From: a bacterium
GTDB lineage: Bacteria > Verrucomicrobiota > Kiritimatiellia > UBA8416
Direction: 5' to 3'
DNA: 51,553 nucleotides
Assembly: GCA_020048935.1 (NCBI GenBank)
Contig: JAIFLS010000029.1
Location: forward strand, 1 to 51,553
The notes under the pieces are model-generated. The model worked only from the letters and a program-made list of their open reading frames with translations. It was not told the DNA's origin and made no database searches. Shown here piece after piece: positions 43,519 to 50,905 of the stretch. The translations under genes and the position numbers were made by a program. Numbering within the stretch: the stretch's first letter is position 1; every line of letters starts with the position of its first letter.

Positions 43519-43895
43519 TAATCTTTCCGAGTATTCTCTTCTTTGTTCAGCTTCGTCACTTCCCGGGTTTTAAAGTCAATCGAGTAGCGGTCGTTATGTT
43601 CGTTTGTCGCGATGAGCTTTCCGGCATCAATTTCCAATTTCTTGATGAATACCAACTGAACGTCCTCTTCCTCATTGGGGTCGATCTCCACGTTGTAGAC
43701 TTTTTTATCCCACAACATCTTGCCGGTGGCCTTGTCCCAGGCTTCAACAACACCCATCTTTTTGTGAGCGCTTGGAGCTCGATATTCAATGCCACCATAG
43801 ACAACCGGCGTGACCTTGGCGGGAGCTATGCGCTCCGCAAAAGCTGCTGGCGCAAGCAGTGCCAACATCGCCACGATAAGTGATACGTTCTTCAT
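43518..43895 (-). CDS. Cassette ORF: small secreted protein, unknown function
   Basis: AAGGAGGAGG RBS. Signal peptide MKNVSLIVAMLALLAPAAFA. 125 aa. Confidence 0.6.
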   Translation of the reverse strand: MKNVSLIVAMLALLAPAAFAERIAPAKVTPVVYGGIEYRAPSAHKKMGVVEAWDKATGKMLWDKKVYNVEIDPNEEEDVQLVFIKKLEIDAGKLIATNEHNDRYSIDFKTREVTKLNKEENTRKD

Positions 43896-43987
43896 CTGTA
43901 TCCTCCTCCTTGCTAAGAAAGCATTCCTATTATGCTTCTAATTGCTTAAACGTCCATGCTCCAGGGTTTCTTCATTCTTTTTTCAAG

Positions 43988-44056
43988 GCCAACGCTCACG
44001 TTCTCCCTTGAGCCACCCGTCCGCGGGTGGCGAATAGGGAGAACGTGAGCGTTGGC
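43988..44056 (-). other. attC-like recombination site (69 bp)
   Basis: 21-bp arms GCCAACGCTCACGTTCTCCCT / AGGGAGAACGTGAGCGTTGGC, an internal loop, and an inner 8-bp hairpin gccacccg/cgggtggc. It lies 5 nt after the stop of 44062..44502. Confidence 0.7.
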
Positions 44057-44061
44057 TCCGA

Positions 44062-44502
44062 TCATTTCTCTTTCATTAAGTATGAGCTGAGGTCCAGAAA
44101 GACGACATCCAGAGAGGAGCGTTTCTCATCCTCCCAGAAGCACTCGAACTTGATGAATGAATCCAAAATGCGGTCCTTCCCAACTCCGACCATAATCTCC
44201 TTCCTGCCGGTCGCATCGGTCTTGGTTTCCAACGGCACGTCGAGTTGCTGTGGGTATGGGGCTATTTCTGTGCCGAGAACGAATGCAGTCCGGAACAATC
44301 TCTTGAGCCGCGTATCTTCCTTCGGGACAGAGACCGTGAACGTGTACCAGTTCTGCACTGCGTTCGTGCGAACTTGAACCGTTATGGCACAGTTGAGGTC
44401 TGCCTGATTCTGCCTGGTCATGACATTGGTGGACGTCCCGGCTTGAACAGCGGAAGAGAGCACAACGAGAATGGGGAGGGAAAGCCATCGCCTGTATTTC
44501 AT
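44062..44502 (-). CDS. Cassette ORF: secreted protein, unknown function
   Basis: Signal peptide MKYRRWLSLPILVVLSSAVQA. 146 aa. A GGAGA RBS lies shortly after the attC-like site. Confidence 0.6.
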   Translation of the reverse strand: MKYRRWLSLPILVVLSSAVQAGTSTNVMTRQNQADLNCAITVQVRTNAVQNWYTFTVSVPKEDTRLKRLFRTAFVLGTEIAPYPQQLDVPLETKTDATGRKEIMVGVGKDRILDSFIKFECFWEDEKRSSLDVVFLDLSSYLMKEK

Positions 44503-44525
44503 GATTTCATCTCCATCTTGCTTGA

Positions 44526-44582
44526 GCCAACGTTACTTCTCTGGCGCGGCCTTCAGGACGTAGCCAGCAGAAATTTGTTGGC
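44526..44582 (-). other. attC-like recombination site (57 bp)
   Basis: GCCAAC (44526-44531) ... GTTGGC (44577-44582). The imperfect arms share TTCT..CTGGC. It lies 1 nt after the stop of 44584..45117. Confidence 0.65.
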
Positions 44583-44583
44583 A

Positions 44584-45117
44584 CTATTTCGCTCTTGCGA
44601 CCGTTATCTCCAGGAGGACAATCTTCTTTCCCTGCGGTGACGAGTCCTCCTTCACGACATGAGGGTACCCTGATAGTCCGTTTGCATCCTGTGCGAGACC
44701 CCGCGCCCTGATGTGGAAGCTGCCACCTCTACCCCCTCCAGACAACTCCCGCACCAATGCGGGGCCGTGTGCCCAGGTGAATTTGCCCGGCTCAGATTCA
44801 TAGACAGTGGGGTCGCTCGAGGACGAGAGTGATCCAGCGAGGGCGTTCTCGGCTTTCGTCAGCGCGGTGCTGAGCCCATTCGCAAACATATCAACGGTGG
44901 TCCCTGTCAAGTCGTCAATTGGGAAGACAAGAGTCCAGCATCTGACCGATGTAGGCTGGGCGCTTAGTGGCAGTCGGTTGTCCATCATCTGCCCGTTGTT
45001 GCTGGTGGCGTACTTTTCTATGGCCCCGGAGATAAGGTTCCATCTGCTGTCATTATCTTGCCCGCAACCGCAGATGAGCAGCAATGCTACCAAGAAAGCT
45101 TTACGTTCTGAACGCAT
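44584..45117 (-). CDS. Cassette ORF: lipoprotein, unknown function
   Basis: AAGGAGA RBS then the ATG at 45117. MRSERKAFLVALLLICGC lipobox. The track ORF extends to 45192. Confidence 0.6.
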   Translation of the reverse strand: MRSERKAFLVALLLICGCGQDNDSRWNLISGAIEKYATSNNGQMMDNRLPLSAQPTSVRCWTLVFPIDDLTGTTVDMFANGLSTALTKAENALAGSLSSSSDPTVYESEPGKFTWAHGPALVRELSGGGRGGSFHIRARGLAQDANGLSGYPHVVKEDSSPQGKKIVLLEITVARAK

Positions 45118-45201
45118 ATCTGCATTTCTCCTTTGTCTAGTGCCAACAGTACTTATTATGCCTACTTCATTTTTTGTGACCCTGTGTTTCACTAAGGTCA
45201 G

Positions 45202-45229
45202 GATATAATTGTTGCAGATCGATTGTCAA
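45202..45229 (-). promoter_or_regulatory. Candidate sigma70-like promoter reading into the cassette array
   Basis: The minus strand reads TTGACA (45229-45224), a 16-nt spacer, then TATATC (45207-45202), ~85 nt upstream of the first cassette ATG. This is pattern only. Confidence 0.25.
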
Positions 45230-45279
45230 TTGCATAAAGTACGCCACTGTAAATGATTAATAGCGCTTTGAAAGGTGTC

Positions 45280-45382
45280 AACCTAGCTGCGAAGTAGGCT
45301 TTATGCAGATTGCCAGGTAGGCTTTATGCTCTCACCAGGAAATGATCGTCAGCATGTCTGCATAAAGCCTACCTCGCAGGTT
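45280..45382. other. att-like long imperfect palindrome abutting the truncated intI start
   Basis: AACC-tag-CTGCGAAGTAGGCTTTATGCAG (45280-45308) pairs with CTGCATAAAGCCTACCTCGCAG-GTT (45358-45382), 21/22 in the arms plus a 4-nt bulge. An extra copy of GTAGGCTTTATGC lies at 45317-45329. It differs in sequence from the other five sites. Confidence 0.5.
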
Positions 45383-45402
45383 AAAGAGCAAAGGATCCAA
45401 CG

Positions 45403-46110
45403 ATGAATGACCCGGTTTTTAACAATTTCACGCGGGCGCGGCGAGGACGGAAGGTGCCAACGGTGCTGACACAGGAGGAGTGCAAGCGGCTCTTCGACGC
45501 CATGGACGGAACCTACCGGCTGATGACGCAACTGATGTATGCGGCCGGGCTGCGGCTGACGGAACTGCTGCGGTTGCGTGTACAGGATGTGGATCTGGAG
45601 CGTCGGCAACTTAGCATCCAGTTCGGCAAGGGTGGCAAGAGCCGCTATTCGATGATACCCGACAAGCTGGTGCCTCTGTTGACCGAGCATCGGGAGCGGC
45701 TGAGGGAACTGTATAAGCGCGACCGCGAAGCGGGATTGCCGGGTGTCGAATTGCCGGAAGCTCTGGAGCGGAAGTGGCCGAAGGCGGGGGAGAAATTCGT
45801 CTGGTTCTGGTTCTGGCCTTCTCGCAACTTGATGCGCGATCATTGTAATGGTATTGTGCGGCGGCACCATTTGCTGGATGTGACGTTCCAGAAGGCCATC
45901 AAGGAGGCGGTGGAGAAAGCGGGGTTTGATAAACGGGTCTCGTCGCATACGCTTCGGCATTCGTTCGCCACGCATCTATTGGCCAGCGGAACGGGTATCC
46001 GCGATGTGCAGGATTTGCTGGGACATGCGGATATATCGACCACGGAAATCTATCTCCACACGGCAAAATATGCGGGGGTTGGTATACGCAGCCCCTTTGA
46101 TGTTCTCTGA
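45403..46110 (+). CDS. intI: Integron integrase (IntI-type tyrosine recombinase), catalytic domain only; lacks about 100 N-terminal residues
   Basis: It aligns by eye with IntI1/VchIntIA from ..RKVPTVLT to the end. Shared features are GLRLTELLRLRVQDVD, KGGKSR, the IntI-specific patch LPEALERKWPKAGEKFVWFWFWPS...RRHHL, HTLRHSFATHLL, VQDLLGHADISTTEIYLHT and GIRSPFD. An in-frame TAA lies 18 nt upstream of the ATG. Confidence 0.85.
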   Translation: MNDPVFNNFTRARRGRKVPTVLTQEECKRLFDAMDGTYRLMTQLMYAAGLRLTELLRLRVQDVDLERRQLSIQFGKGGKSRYSMIPDKLVPLLTEHRERLRELYKRDREAGLPGVELPEALERKWPKAGEKFVWFWFWPSRNLMRDHCNGIVRRHHLLDVTFQKAIKEAVEKAGFDKRVSSHTLRHSFATHLLASGTGIRDVQDLLGHADISTTEIYLHTAKYAGVGIRSPFDVL

Positions 46111-46153
46111 TGTGCTTTGTTACTAGGCTGTTTCGCAGTCAGAAGGTTCTTAC

Positions 46154-47164
46154 ATGGACAGGACACAGCGGGCGATATTGAAAGTGCTTGGCGATACGGA
46201 CGGGCCGGCCGGGGCGTCGAAGGTGTCGGCACGCCTGCGGGGGCTGGGGATGGAGGTGCAGCCGCGTACGGTGCGGGCGCATCTGCTGGCCCTGGACCGG
46301 GAGGGCTTGACCGAGGCGGTCAGCCGCCGCACGGGGCGGACCCTGACCGATCGCGGTCGGCGGGAACTGCTGGAGGTCGGCGGGTTGACCAAGCTCGGCC
46401 TGGTGGCGGCAAGGGTGGATGATCTCGGGTACCGGATGCGCTACCGCTATGGCAGCGGGCGGGGTACCGTGGTGGCGAATGTGGCGATGATCCGTGAACA
46501 TGACCTGACGCGGGCCTTGCTGCATGTGGTGCCGGTGCTGCGGGCGGGGTATGCCGTGGGGGACCGGCTGGCCGTGCTCCACTCGGGCGATCGGATCGGG
46601 GATTTCACAGTGCCGCTCGGGTCGGCGGGGCTGGCGACAGTGTGCAGCGTCACGATCAACGGCGTCCTGATCTCGAAGGGGATTCCGGTGGTGTCCCGCT
46701 TCGGTGGCATACTGGAGGTTCGCCAGGGGGCCCCGGTCCGGTTTCTGGATATGATCGAGTATCGCGGTACGACGGTGGATCCGCTGGAGGTGTTCGTGCG
46801 CGCGGGGATGACCAAGGTGGGTGAATGCGTGAAGACGGGCAACGGGATTGTCGGTGCCAGTTTCCGCGAGATTCCCGCCGGTGCGGTGGGGGCCGTGCGC
46901 AGCCTGTTGCGCGGGCTGCGCGAGCGCGGACTGGGCGGGGACATGGCGATCGGCGAGCCGAGTCAGCCGTTGCTGGATATACCGGTGACCGAAGGTCGCG
47001 CCGGCCTGATCCTGATCGGCGGGCTCAATCCGCTGGCGGTGCTGCAGGAGCAGGGGATTCCGCAGACGACGCGCTCGCTGAGCGGGCTCTGCGATATCGG
47101 GGCGTTCATGGGGGCGGATGAAGCCGCGTTCCTCGGGCGGCGGCACTATCCGTATGTGGACTAG
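46154..47164 (+). CDS. NrpR-like regulator (winged HTH plus DUF128 domains)
   Basis: The N-terminal wHTH is RAILKVLGDTDGPAGASKVSARL...RTVRAHLLALDREGL. The DUF128-like part is GLATVCSVTINGVLISKGIPVVSRFGG, IEYRGTTVDPLEVFVRAGMT, GLILIGGLNPLAVLQEQGI. Confidence 0.65.
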   Translation: MDRTQRAILKVLGDTDGPAGASKVSARLRGLGMEVQPRTVRAHLLALDREGLTEAVSRRTGRTLTDRGRRELLEVGGLTKLGLVAARVDDLGYRMRYRYGSGRGTVVANVAMIREHDLTRALLHVVPVLRAGYAVGDRLAVLHSGDRIGDFTVPLGSAGLATVCSVTINGVLISKGIPVVSRFGGILEVRQGAPVRFLDMIEYRGTTVDPLEVFVRAGMTKVGECVKTGNGIVGASFREIPAGAVGAVRSLLRGLRERGLGGDMAIGEPSQPLLDIPVTEGRAGLILIGGLNPLAVLQEQGIPQTTRSLSGLCDIGAFMGADEAAFLGRRHYPYVD

Positions 47165-48660
47165 AGCACGGGCGCGAGCAGGCTGCAGGCGTTCTCGATC
47201 AGCCGGTGCCAGTCGGGGCGGCGGTTCCAGGCGGCGAGGCTGATTTCCTCGCTCATGGCAATGTCCTCCAGGATCACCTGTTTGAGTTTCCCGGCGAACC
47301 CCTCGTCATAGAGGATCATGCTGGTTTCGTAGTTGAGCCGCAGGCTGCGCACGTCCCAGTTGGCCGTGCCGACGATGGCGGTGCGGCTGTCGATCAGCAC
47401 GGCCTTGGCGTGCATGAAGGGCGGCTGGCGATGGAAAATCCGCACCCCGGCGGCGAGCAGCTCGCCGTAAAGCGCCCGCGAGGCCCATCCGGCGTAAAGG
47501 TGGTTGTTCTCTTCCGGCAGGATCAGGCGTATATCCGCGCCGCGCAGTGCCGCCGAGCGCAGGGCGCGCAGGATATCGGGTGGAGGCACGAAATAAGGTG
47601 TCACGATCAGGACCTGCTTCCGGGCCTGGACGATGGCCATGAAGAACAGGTCGGCCGTGGTCTGCAGGTGCGACGTGGGGCCGCTGTTTATAACCCTGGC
47701 CGGGATGCCGCCCTCATGGCTGATGGAGGGGAAGCAGCGTTCCTGCAGCAGGTCTGCAGGATCCTCGCCGCTGATGAAGGACCAGTCCTGCAGGAAGGCG
47801 TACTGCAGTTGCTGGACCACGGGGCCGCAGGCGCGGAAGTGGTAGTCGCGGATTGGCGGCTTGCCCTTGCGTGTGGTGTTCTCGCGGCTGATATTGATGC
47901 CGCCGAAGCAGGCGCAACGGCCGTCGGCGATCAGGACTTTGCGATGATTGCGCAGGTTGACCTGGAAGTGGCGCTTGAGCAGGTTGACCTGGGTCCACCC
48001 GCAGATACGCATGTTGGGGATCTTGCGGTAGCGCCGGAAAAAGCCGGTGAAAACGGCCTGTGTCGAGCCGAACCGGTCATACAGTACGCGCACGGTTACG
48101 CCGGCGCGTGCCTTGGCGACCAGATGCTCGAAAATGGCGCGGGATGTACGGTCGTTGCGTATGATGAAGCTTTGGATGTGGATGTGGTGGAGGGCGCTGT
48201 CGATCATTTCCAGCATGGCGGGGAAGGCCTCGTCGCCGGTGATCAGCGGTTCCACGCGGTTGCCCGCCAGCAGGGGGTAGTCGGGGACGAGCGTATCAAT
48301 CGCGCGGTTCAGCTCGGCATCGAGGTTGGATGCCAGGTCGGCCTTGATGCTGTCCGCATGCACGGAATGCCAGTAGGCGAGTGGCAGGGCATCCTCGCGC
48401 GCGAGACTGACTTCGCGGAAGCGGGCGTTCTGGAGGCTCTTCATCGTTCCGCGCGGTGTCAGACGGTCGATCCCGAAGGTAAGATAGAGCAGCGGCCCAA
48501 GCCCGGGAAGGGACCAGGCTAGGAAAATCCACAGCAGCGTGGCGGCCGCCTCCTCGCGCCGGTTCTGCAGGCAGTGCAGGCAGATCAGGAGAAAGGCCAG
48601 CAGGTGCAGCAGGGAACCCGCCGCCAGCCAGGGGATCTGCATGTCGAGGATCGGGATCAT
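47161..48660 (-). CDS. cls: Cardiolipin synthase (PLD superfamily, two HKD motifs)
   Basis: NHRKVLIADG and MHAKAVLIDSRTAIVGTANWD, plus N-terminal TM segments. Confidence 0.9.
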   Translation of the reverse strand: MIPILDMQIPWLAAGSLLHLLAFLLICLHCLQNRREEAAATLLWIFLAWSLPGLGPLLYLTFGIDRLTPRGTMKSLQNARFREVSLAREDALPLAYWHSVHADSIKADLASNLDAELNRAIDTLVPDYPLLAGNRVEPLITGDEAFPAMLEMIDSALHHIHIQSFIIRNDRTSRAIFEHLVAKARAGVTVRVLYDRFGSTQAVFTGFFRRYRKIPNMRICGWTQVNLLKRHFQVNLRNHRKVLIADGRCACFGGINISRENTTRKGKPPIRDYHFRACGPVVQQLQYAFLQDWSFISGEDPADLLQERCFPSISHEGGIPARVINSGPTSHLQTTADLFFMAIVQARKQVLIVTPYFVPPPDILRALRSAALRGADIRLILPEENNHLYAGWASRALYGELLAAGVRIFHRQPPFMHAKAVLIDSRTAIVGTANWDVRSLRLNYETSMILYDEGFAGKLKQVILEDIAMSEEISLAAWNRRPDWHRLIENACSLLAPVL

Positions 48661-49640
48661 GACTCAGGGAACCAGGCGTTGTGGATCACGGCGAGGATGT
48701 GCTCGCGGGCCTGGGGCAGCGGCATCGGCAATGTGCAGCCGGCCGCGCGGGCGTGTCCGCCCCCGCCAAGCTCCCGGCACAGGCTGGCGGCGTCGAACAG
48801 CTCGCCGGTGCGGAAACTGGCCTTGGTTTCGCGCGGATTCTCCCCCTGCAGCTCGTAGAGGAAGAGCGCCACGTCGGCACCCATGACTCGCCGCGGGATA
48901 TTGACGATCTCATCGGCGTCCTCGCCCGTGCAGCCCAGTTCGGCGAAATCCTCGCGGGAAAGCGAGACCAGCGCGCACCGCCCGTTCTCGTGCAGCTCCA
49001 AGTGCTCGATCGCGCGCCCCTGGAGGCGGATCTGCGCGGCGTTGGTGGTGTTGTAGATCCGGTCGTCGATCTGGCTGGTGGGAATGCCGGTACGGAGCAG
49101 GGTGGCGGCCGCCTGAAGTGTGGCGGGGCGGGTGTTGCTGTAGGCGAAGCGGCCGGTGTCGGTGATCAGCGCCACCCACAGGGCCTCGGCGGCGTCGGCG
49201 GCAATCGCGAAGCCGGCCCGTTCGGCGAGTTCGCAGATCATCTCGCCGACGGAACTGGCGACCGGGTCCACGTGGTTGACGTCGGCAAACCGCGTATTGG
49301 TGGGATGATGATCGATGTTGAGGGTGCGAAGGCGTGGTATCCAGTCGCGGATGGATGCCGGTATCCGGTCGGTAGAGCCGGTGTCGAGCACGATGAGCAG
49401 GTCGTAGGCGTCGGACGAGGTCTCGCTGGCGGGGATGATCACATCCTCGCGCATCATGAACCGGTAGCGTAAGGGAGGCGGATCCATGGCGACAATCGAG
49501 GCCTGCCTGCCGGTGGCGGAGAGGATCCGCCGCAATCCCAGAGTGGCCCCGAGTGCGTCGCCATCCGGGCGGATGTGCGTGGTGATGGCGATCCGTCCGG
49601 CGGCCCGTATGGCCTCAATGGCATCGTTCAGGGTATTCAT
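48657..49640 (-). CDS. nrnA: DHH-family phosphoesterase (NrnA-like oligoribonuclease/pAp phosphatase)
   Basis: ITTHIRPDGDALGA, LIVLDTGS, NIDHHPTN, RELGGGGHARAAG. I prefer the ATG at 49640 (MNTLNDAIEAI), which lies 4 nt after the upstream gene stop; the track ORF extends to 49874. Confidence 0.85.
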   Translation of the reverse strand: MNTLNDAIEAIRAAGRIAITTHIRPDGDALGATLGLRRILSATGRQASIVAMDPPPLRYRFMMREDVIIPASETSSDAYDLLIVLDTGSTDRIPASIRDWIPRLRTLNIDHHPTNTRFADVNHVDPVASSVGEMICELAERAGFAIAADAAEALWVALITDTGRFAYSNTRPATLQAAATLLRTGIPTSQIDDRIYNTTNAAQIRLQGRAIEHLELHENGRCALVSLSREDFAELGCTGEDADEIVNIPRRVMGADVALFLYELQGENPRETKASFRTGELFDAASLCRELGGGGHARAAGCTLPMPLPQAREHILAVIHNAWFPES

Positions 49641-49644
49641 GCGG

Positions 49645-50304
49645 TTAGAACCAGTCGTACTGCATGGCGATGCGTAAGAGCCACCCGTCGGCAAGGCCCC
49701 TGCCGTCGTCGTCAAGGGATTCGGATTCAGATACCCCGCCCTCGAAGACGAAGGCCAGGTTATCCAGCATCCGGAATTCGCATCCAGCCAGGGCCTCGAT
49801 AACGTACATGCGGTACGATGCCGTCGTGCGGGCCGGACTCTGCAGCGACGGGTCGACAAACTGGAGGCTGCCATTGAGGCGCACGAACGGTGCTACGCAC
49901 GCGTATGGCGAGGTCAGGAATTGCCGGGCGGCCAGCGTGATCGCCCCGATCTCGAAGTCATCATCGTCGTCATACCATGTATAGCCGCCCAGCAGGGCGA
50001 TGCTGGTGACGGTGGTCAGGTAGTGCTTCACGCCGATTTTCAGATGCAGGCGGTCAAACGACGGTCCGGATGACTGCGAAAGCTGTCCGGCACCGAGTTC
50101 GGAAACCACGGCCCACGTGCCACCGCTGCCTGCGACTGGGGACTCGTCGGCAATCGCCAGCCCGATGTCGTCGGCGTGGTCGTAGCTGGCGACATCCAGT
50201 CGCAATGCCTCGATCGAGAGTGCATCGCGTTCGATGGCACTTGCTCTCAGGGTGGGAATCGAGACGATCAGGGACGTGACGAGGATGGCATAGCGCGTAT
50301 TCAT
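49645..50304 (-). CDS. Small outer-membrane beta-barrel-like protein
   Basis: Signal peptide MNTRYAILVTSLIVSIPTLRASA, alternating-hydrophobic strands, and a C-terminal ..IAMQYDWF ending in an aromatic residue. Confidence 0.55.
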   Translation of the reverse strand: MNTRYAILVTSLIVSIPTLRASAIERDALSIEALRLDVASYDHADDIGLAIADESPVAGSGGTWAVVSELGAGQLSQSSGPSFDRLHLKIGVKHYLTTVTSIALLGGYTWYDDDDDFEIGAITLAARQFLTSPYACVAPFVRLNGSLQFVDPSLQSPARTTASYRMYVIEALAGCEFRMLDNLAFVFEGGVSESESLDDDGRGLADGWLLRIAMQYDWF

Positions 50305-50422
50305 GACTGACTCCTTTTGTTACATTCCGGATCCATCCTCGCAGAAAACAGACCTGCCGTCCAGTCTTCAAAATGCGCAACGCGGCGGCGGATCAACAAT
50401 GCTCATTTTGGCCTCAGTCAGC

Positions 50423-50665
50423 CTGAAGGGCGTGTTGATTTATTTGGTTACACAACGGGAGGGACAGCGTCTCGCTGTCCGAACGCCCGTCTAACCACGC
50501 TGTTTTCAAGAAAGGCTTCGCCATTCACCTTCTCATGCGCAACGGACGCCGAGGACGGCGTCCCTCCCAGCAACGGACGCCGGGGACGGCGTCCCTCCCA
50601 GCAACGGACGCCGAGGACGGCGTCCCTCCCGTGCCGCTCGTGGAATGAATCAACACGCCCTTCAG
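50423..50665 (-). repeat. MITE-like structured repeat, copy 2 (243 bp, inverted relative to copy 1), with three tandem 31-bp hairpin modules
   Basis: TIRs are ctgaagggcgtgttgatttatt and gaatgaatcaacacgcccttcag. The modules (a/c)gcaacggacgccg(a/g)ggacggcgtccctccc lie at 50538-50568, 50569-50599 and 50600-50630. Copy 1 has one module, and the length difference is 62 bp, i.e. 2 x 31. Confidence 0.8.
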
Positions 50666-50817
50666 CCTGCCTTCCCCGCACGGTTTGAGGATAATGAGAA
50701 TTTCCGCCTGAGGGGCGAGCCTGTGGTGAGCCGTGGGAAAGACCGTGAAGGGGCGTTGAGCGAAAGACAGTTGGGATTGAAACGGCTGTCAAGAATGGGT
50801 AGACTGAAACCGTGATG

Positions 50818-50905
50818 TTGGCAACGTGCGGGACGAGGAGGATATCCGTGAGGCAATATATTTGGCAACGTGCGGGACGAGGAGGATATCCGTGAGGCAA
50901 TATAT
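50818..50905 (+). repeat. Perfect 44-bp tandem duplication covering the SD and start codon of the SNase paralog
   Basis: ttggcaacgtgcgggacgaggaggatatccgtgaggcaatatat occurs at 50818-50861 and again at 50862-50905, identical by direct reading. Confidence 0.95.

Larger units (their letters stand above)
41620..46110. mobile_element. Chromosomal integron-like element: N-truncated intI plus a divergent array of at least 6 attC-bounded cassettes
   Basis: The IntI-type recombinase (45403..46110, +) faces away from minus-strand short ORFs. Each ORF is tightly followed by a 57-71 bp imperfect palindrome ending AAC...GTT. The region is visibly AT-richer than its flanks. The left boundary is uncertain. 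Confidence 0.75.

Noticed and set aside
45118-45402. An attempt to identify a canonical attI site with integrase-binding direct repeats
   Set aside because: The repeated GTAGGCTTTATGC motifs resolve into one long imperfect palindrome plus an internal duplicate, which is attC-like rather than attI-like. Because intI is truncated, I cannot assign an attI.
46139-47146. 335-aa ORF antisense to the NrpR-like gene, and 47206..48522 antisense to cls
   Set aside because: Both are shadow ORFs with biased composition. The opposite-strand frames carry DUF128 and HKD motifs respectively.
50538-50630. Three regularly spaced 31-bp repeats, considered as a possible CRISPR
   Set aside because: The units are directly adjacent with no spacers, there are only three of them, they are embedded in the repeat element, and no cas genes are present.
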